Position numbers and translations under genes: made by a program
NCBI RefSeq assembly: GCF_000143415.4
Contig: NW_003314284.1
Coordinates: 850,693-914,692 of the forward strand
DNA from: Selaginella moellendorffii
Taxonomy: Eukaryota > Plantae > Lycopodiophyta
Reading direction: 5' to 3'
DNA length: 64,000 nucleotides
The notes under the pieces: generated by a model
Told to the model about the DNA's origin: nothing
What the model saw: only the letters and a program-made list of their open reading frames with translations
Database searches by the model: none
Shown: piece by piece, positions 57,154-64,000 of the stretch
Layout of the letters: each line of letters starts with the position of its first letter
Position numbering within the stretch: position 1 is the first letter of the stretch

Positions 57154-57830
57154 TGTTACAAATGTGACAATGGGTATTAAAAGTTATCTGTTCAGTAAAA
57201 GGTCATTATTGTTGGTAGGACTAAACTAGACTGAACCTTTTTATTAGTTTCCACCCAAGTTAGTTTATAAATTAGTCTTCACATATGCACTTAGCCAGAA
57301 GAGCATAAGGACAGAATTTCTAAATGTTATTAGTCAAATATACTTGATATAGTTAGAGAAACTCATTCATTGGCTTGTACTTGCTAGTGTTAAAAACCCC
57401 CACAATATTAAGCTTGGTCCCTCGATATTCACTAATGATAGCTTACTGTATTTGCCAGAACACTCTTGCTATCATGCCTTATGTGTTAATTTTATTCAGT
57501 CCCATTAGCTATTTATGAAAAGTGTCTAGATTTGCAAGTTACACATATCTATAGAATGTAGAGCTTGTCTTAAATATGATGGTGTTATTCTCGTATCAAA
57601 ATTCATAATCCAGTGCCATTCCATATTTAATAAGTTTTTATGATTGTTCCAAAGACTAACTCTTGGGATAGTGGGCATTGCTAACTAACTTAAGGTATAG
57701 GCTAGCTCTTGTTTGTGTGTTTGTCATTGTTCCACAATGGTTTATGTCCAAGTGCAAGCTCCTTACTATGTTAGCTAGGGGAGTACCCTTATCCTTCGGT
57801 CTGTCACAAACATGATTTCAGGTATCAAAA
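57154..57830 (+). mobile_element. Degraded family-A LTR
   Basis: TGTTACAAATGTGAC start, colinear with 17699 onward and with the reverse complement of 30500-31296. Confidence 0.8.
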
Positions 57831-57932
57831 GATATTGTTCAGTCAGTCCTTATGGACATTCTTTTCTTATTGCCACAACACCATGGAGGCGGTATTGTTG
57901 GGTCCTTTTTAATGGGTTCCCACCCAAACTAA

Positions 57933-58032
57933 NNNNNNNNNNNNNNNNNNNNNNNNNNNNNNNNNNNNNNNNNNNNNNNNNNNNNNNNNNNNNNNNNNNN
58001 NNNNNNNNNNNNNNNNNNNNNNNNNNNNNNNN
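57933..58032. other. Assembly gap (100 N)
   Basis: Run of 100 N. The LTR sequence on each side covers the same LTR region, so two different copies are joined here. Confidence 0.99.
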
Positions 58033-61000
58033 TTCAAATGTATAATAGGGATAGTGGTTGGAATGTATGTCTAATCATGTAAGACATTAGTTTGGCTCGC
58101 ATTGGGCTGTGGCTCTCCTTATTTTGCATCCAACTTAGGTTTAAGCCCAAACTCTATATTACTATAATCGACCCTCCTCCTCATGTTAGGTCACCGGTAT
58201 GCCAAAATTGTGCCAGACATTATCTGACACCATTTTGTATGCAAGTGCTGGATACAAGGAGCTAGTACTCGTGAGATTGTACCAGAACCTCATTTCGTAG
58301 TGCAATGGGCTTGGAGTTCAGCTCCAAATTCAAGTACGCTACATTTGGTATCAAAGGAATTGTCTCAATGATTCCTATCCAACTTTTGTCAGATTTTCTG
58401 ACTCAAGTTGCATATGAAAAGACTATTTTAATAGATTCGAAGCGATTTGTGTAAGATTAGTGGGATTACACCATTTGGTAAGAATGTTGTATGCATGTTC
58501 ATTTATTGATAGAGGCATGCATGCAGCTAGTGAGATGGTGAAAAGAAACCATATTGATAACGCTAAAACCTCTAGACAGGTGAATCAAGAGGAGGAAACT
58601 CCTGCTAGAAATGCTGTGGAGGAGACAAAGGTTGAGTCAAAAAAAGAAGAGCCAAATGCTATGGCATTGTGGCTGTAGTGCATGTGATCATAGGATAAGA
58701 TTTGGATATACTGTCACCGTGGATCCTTGGAACCTTGGGGGATAAATGGGGATAAAATAGCCACTAAGGGCTCTCTCATCAAGCAATTGTTTCTTTTCTA
58801 GTTGGCTTAAGGGAAGAGAGATAAGATGCGCTACAGTTGGTATCGGAGCAAATGGCACGGGTTTGATTCCCATTGATTAGTAACTACTTAAAAATATAGT
58901 ATACCCTTGAGCAAGGTATATTCCTATCCCTAAATTTGAAATCGTACGTATTGGACATCCATGCGTACGTCCTTCCTCTTGTGTGGAGTATCTACGGACA
59001 AAGGTATCCACCGTGGGACTGCAGTACGGCTGGATGACTAGTTGCCTCACATGGAATAGTTGATCTACACAATGGAAAGATTGGTAGATTGAGTGAAGAA
59101 ATGGAAGTGCTGGTTCCCCTTGGAACCTTGGGGGATAAAATAGCCACCAAGGGCTCTCTCATCAAACAATTGCCCCTTTTCCATTTCGCTTAAGGGGAGA
59201 GAGATAAGGTGCACTACAGTAGCATACGGCTCAAAAAGTTGAGATCGAGAATTTGCAAAGGGAAGTTTGCAAATTGAAGAAGGAGAACAAGAAGAGGAAG
59301 AAAGAAACTAAAGTAGCTAAACCAGCTAAACCTAAGCAACTGGACTCCTCTCAAATTTTGAGGATGATGAAGTTTTGCAATTGCCCTCAGTTGCACAAGT
59401 TTCAAAGCTCAAGCCTCCAAAACCACCCAATTTCAGAGGCATGTGGGACTATGAAGTTTTGGAAGACTAGGTCTATGCTATGGAAAATTATTTCATAGCG
59501 GTAGACATAGATGATTGTACAAAAGTTGCATGTGTGCAATCCTTTTTTACTAATCATGCCAAAACTTCGTGGCGCCTGGTATGTGCTGAAAAAGGTCAAA
59601 CTAAAAGTTGGACCAAGATGTGATCTCGTATCCATAAGGAATACTTGCTGAACGATTTTGGTCTGAGACTTTATGCGAAGTTATGGCGGTTAAAGCAGTG
59701 AGGGGACATTATGCATTACATTAAGGCGTTTGCTCAGAAGCATATTATGATTGCAAATATGAGTGACGAAGATGCTTAAAGTTATTTCTTGGAAGGTTTA
59801 AGTTCATTTTCTCACAATGAGATTTTGAAGTTTAAATTGAAGACATACCTAGAGTGTAAGGAGGTAATACAGCAAGTTGCCTTTAGTCACTCAATATCAG
59901 CAATTATATACTAGTACCTCAAATAAGAATAAGAATTCTAAGAATAAGCAAGGTGATCGGAAATAGAGGGTGGAAGGAATATTCCACCTTAGAGGCTCAT
60001 AAGCAATGGTTAACAAAGATGTTGGTGGTTGGCAACCACCAACAGCTTTTTCTAGTCCTAGGCCCTTTGTTCCTCCTCTTAGTGGGTACAAGTGAAACTT
60101 ACTCTAGGTGGAATGGGTAGTGTGGGTCATTACTTCCATTGTGGAGAGTCAAGACATAAATCCTTAGGATGTCCTAACAAACATAAAATAAGGTCTCGTG
60201 TTAATGTCATAAGGGAAGATCGTGGTGGTGAAGTTGAAGGGGTTGACGAGTTGGACAATATAAAGTATGAGGAAAAGGAGGTGAGTTACTTTCATTACTT
60301 TCCTCAAATTTTTCTCACAATAAATGCAAACATTAATCCATTGATATATCTGGTAGGCTTTGTCTGTGGACACTAAATCCGAGTGATGATTGATACGAGA
60401 GCTACACAAAGTGTAATATTTAAAGACTTAATAATTAAGTTGTTAGGATTGAATATTGAGAAAATGTTGCCTATACACTTCTAGTTTGTAGAAGGTGGGC
60501 AAATAGCCAGAAAATTTGTGAGTCATGTTCTAATAAAAATATCCAAGTGGAACGAAGAATGGACTTGGTAGTGTTGAAGATACCAGATTTTCAGATAGTG
60601 TTTGGTATGGATTTCTTCAACAAATATATTAAAGGGATTGATAGTGCTAGACAAAGTCACATCACATTAAGGTCAAAAGGATGTCACGATGTGTCCTTCT
60701 AGTTGTAAAAGTGCTCCTCAAAGGATTGGGATGCTAAGTTCTTGATTGCGAGAGCCGCTCGAAAAGCAGCTAAGAAGGGATGTCAGACCTTTTGGGTTCA
60801 AGTGATGGAAGCTGAGGGTGATGGTGACTCAATTTGAATTGGTGACAGGGTTGATCCTATACCAAATATACTAAATATTAGAGTTGTTGGTGTGGAATCA
60901 AGATATCTTTCCGAAGGATTTGCTACTAGGACTACCTCCTAGCTATGAGGTTGATCATCGGATTGAGGTAATTTTGGGTCTTAAACCACATATAAAACTC

Positions 61001-63575
61001 TATATCATTTGAACATCAAAGAGATGGCTAAACTTAGAAAGCAACTTATAAAGCTTCTTGACAAAGGTTATATCAAACCAAAAAAGTCACCTTATGGAGT
61101 GTTGATGCTTTTTGTTATGAAAAATGATGGAACCATGAGGATGTGTATCGACTATCAGGCACTCAACAAGATCATGGTCAAAAACAGTTATCCTTTACCT
61201 CACATTGATGACTTGTTTAATCAACTTTTAAAGGCTAAGTATTTTACGTGACTTGATTTGCAATCTGAGTATCATCAGATGTGGAGAAGACAACCTTTAA
61301 GACTTGGTACAGGTCTTATGAGTTCCTTGTCGTATCGTTTGGGTTATGCAATGCTTCGGCAACATTCAATACTATGATGAATAGAATATTTAGAGATTAT
61401 TTGGACACATTTGTTATCCTATATATTGACAATATTCTAGTCTTTAGTGAAACGTTGGAGGATCATTTGAAACATTTAGAGCTAGTGTTTTAGAAGTTGT
61501 GTGAACACAAACTGTATGCTAAGGAAAGTAAATGCACTTTTGGACAATTACACGTAAACTTTCTTGGACATATAGTTGGTGTGGCTTAATTGAGGTGGAT
61601 CCAAAGAAGGTGGAAATGATGAAATCCTGGGAAGTCCTGACCACAGTATCAAATGTTCATTCCTTTCTCGGTTTGGTAGGATACTATTGCAAGTTTGTTT
61701 GCAATTTTGCAAGAATGGCTCTTCCATTGACTGAGTTAATGAAGAGTAGTATACCATTTCATTACACAACAGCTTATCAATATGCTTTTGCATAGTTGAA
61801 GGAAATTTTGATTATGGTTCCTTTTCTCAGAATCCCAAATCTTGATAAACCCTTCGAAGTGCATTGTGATGCATTTGGCTATGCTATTGGTGCCATGTTA
61901 TAGCAAGATTGTGACAAAGCGGTTGGTGTTACATTAAGGCAACATGGTTGTCCCGTTGCATTCTATTCCAAGAAATTGTATGAAACTCAACGAAGATGGC
62001 CAACGCATAAGAAAGAGATGTTTATTATAGTGTCAGCATTGGAACATTGAAGACATTATTTGGGTGGACGTACCAAGGTTTATACAGATAGTAACACACT
62101 GAGCTACTTTGCTACACAGTCTAAACTTATGCCGAAGTAGACTCATTAGTAAAAGAAACCCTCTAGATTTGATATTGAAATCATCTATAAACCTAGTAAA
62201 GACAATATTGTTTTGGATGCGTTGAGTTGTCACTTGCTTGCTGAAGTCTAAAGTTTATGATACTTTCATAGTGGTTGTAGATTGGTTGTCAAATATTGTA
62301 CACTTGTAGAAATAGTGAATGCTAAGCAAGCAGAAAAGCTCTTTTTCCATGAAGTAGTATGAGTTCGTGGTCTTCTCGAAAAGATGATCTCGGATAGGGA
62401 TTCAAGACTTACAAGAAGTTTTGAGGCACACTATTCCAGTTGTTCGGTACCAAGTTGAAGTTTAGTATGACTTATCATCCTCAAACTGATGGGCAGACCA
62501 AATGTGTGAATACTCAAGTTGAGGATTATCTATGGTACTATATCGCAGCAGACCAATGCAACTAGGTTGAGCATTTGGACACAACAGAAATCTGTTATAA
62601 CAACACATTTCATAGCGTTATTGACTGTTCTCCATAGGAGATGTTGCAAGGGAATGCTCATGGGGTGCCTCAACAGATTGTTGTTCTGAAACCAATGTTT
62701 AAAGTGTTGGTCCCGACTGTTGAGACTTATGCAGAGTAGCTATGCCAAGGTTGATCTAGAGCTACTGAGGCGATGGGTAAAGCTTAGGATAGGTATCAAC
62801 GTGATAAGGATCAACATCATCGGGATGTATCCTATCAAATGGAAGGTCAAAGTTTTGGCAGAATAACTTCAGCATTTCGGTGCATAGGTCCAATCCATAA
62901 CCATGGGGATAACTATTATAGACTGATCACAAGTCCCTACCTCTCTCTCAATGACTCATTTTTAAAAGGGCGTGGTCGTGTAAACAACTTCATCTGCCGG
63001 TTTATAATAATTGTCTAAATCTTCCCGATAAAGTTGATTTTTTGCTCAGGGGAAGTTGTGCCTCTAGCTCTCTCCCTATGTCCCTATGGATAGGGATGTA
63101 TCATTCCTTTGTAAGCCAAGTGGTACTTGGAGCAGCAAGGGTCGCTAATTTCGTTAATAATTTCCTTGTCGGTGACGGCCAAAGGGTGTCTAAGTCTTAA
63201 CGTCTTTGAATGTAAAGGAAAGGTTATTCCATAATTTATTTAAGTCGATGTGTTCCCCACATAGTGTGCTTTCCGTTAACTTTCGGAATTATTTCCTTGA
63301 CAATTTGTTAGACTCAAGTATGCATCGATGAGGATGTCAATCTTCCCTAAGGGGGGAGAGTGTTGCAAATGTGACTTTGGGTATTGAAAGATATTTGTCG
63401 GTTAGTCCTTACAGACACTCTTTTTTTATTGCTACGACAATAGGAGGTCGGTATTATTGGTTCCCTTTATGATCTCCACGCAAGTTAGTTGAGAAACTAG
63501 TCAGCATATGTGCACTTAGACTAAAAGGGCACTAAGGAAAGAAATCCTAAGTTGTTATTAAGTCAAGCATACTGT
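58033..63575 (+). mobile_element. Degenerate coding Ty3 element 'C', probable autonomous relative of family A
   Basis: Partial 5' LTR to 58343 and Met PBS TGGTATCA. Leader direct repeat (about 58725-58835 and 59117-59220). Gag with HCGESRHKSLGC, MIDTRAT protease, YIDNILV RT, HCDA RNase H and internally deleted integrase (YHPQTDGQT). PPT AAGGGGGGAGAG; the 3' LTR from 63361 is truncated. Confidence 0.9.
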
Positions 63576-63582
63576 AAGCGAC

Positions 63583-64000
63583 TAATTTTTCCATTCTACC
63601 TTAGTCACTTAACCGCACCTCCGACCACTTGGAGGAGTCTCATTCACAACCTCCATAAGTCCCATTCAGGACTTAGGGTTTGCTAGCCCCAAGAATGGCA
63701 TCCATGCCACTCAACCTTTGCACTTAGTCCAAGTGCTTCATGTGTCCGATCCCATGACAAACACTCAAGGTACCACCGACCTCTCACTCTGTTACGCTAA
63801 GGCTATGCCCATTTACCTTGGTCACACTGGTGGTCTAACACCACCTACATCGCAATCCCATCTCTCAAGGACTAGGCCATCCGTCCATGAGTGATCATCC
63901 TAGATCCACTCCTTAGCATTTTTAGGATGCCCACAGACATGGGGAATAGCCTTCCTCAATATCTCTTTTCCGATCCCCACCAAGTCCCTTTTTGTCCATG
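63583..64000 (-). mobile_element. Second, less decayed copy of the 38565-39090 segment, interrupting the 3' LTR of element C
   Basis: Colinear direct repeat that runs off the window end. Confidence 0.7.

Noticed and set aside
57154-58343. A single continuous 5' LTR for element C across the gap
   Set aside because: Both sides contain the same LTR region in different subfamily versions, so they are separate copies.

Overview
This is eukaryotic plant DNA, most likely a Selaginella (lycophyte) nuclear scaffold; that is inferred from the short introns (mostly about 50-90 nt), very tight gene packing and PPR proteins built from short 31-aa motif arrays. Two GC-rich gene islands alternate with AT-rich blocks of nested, decaying retroelements. 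Island 1 (1-8.5 kb) holds two tandem SGNH/PC-esterase-like genes, a head-to-head PPR pair with ATGs 41 bp apart, and pantothenate synthetase. Island 2 (43.7-52.6 kb) holds THO6/DWA1, cytosolic glycerol-3-phosphate dehydrogenase, an unknown N/S/G-rich gene and a claspin/Mrc1-like gene. The repeat blocks contain a full-length chromovirus (11277-16767), a 14-kb non-coding LTR element (17097-31296) with nested insertions, LINE-like relics, other Ty3 relics and a 100-N gap. Top observations: (1) an intact, spliced, secreted cyanovirin-N-homology (CVNH) lectin gene with extreme A/T codon bias, isolated in the TE block (33902-34354); (2) a chromovirus whose primer site is complementary to its own LTR (Tf1-type self-priming) and which has a G-GGA-AAC -1 frameshift site; (3) an RT-less element with a tRNA-Trp PBS, 4-bp TSD and an extra 3' ORF; (4) a decayed intronless gene of about 350 codons disrupted by the chromovirus. 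All calls were made by eye; no searches were run.
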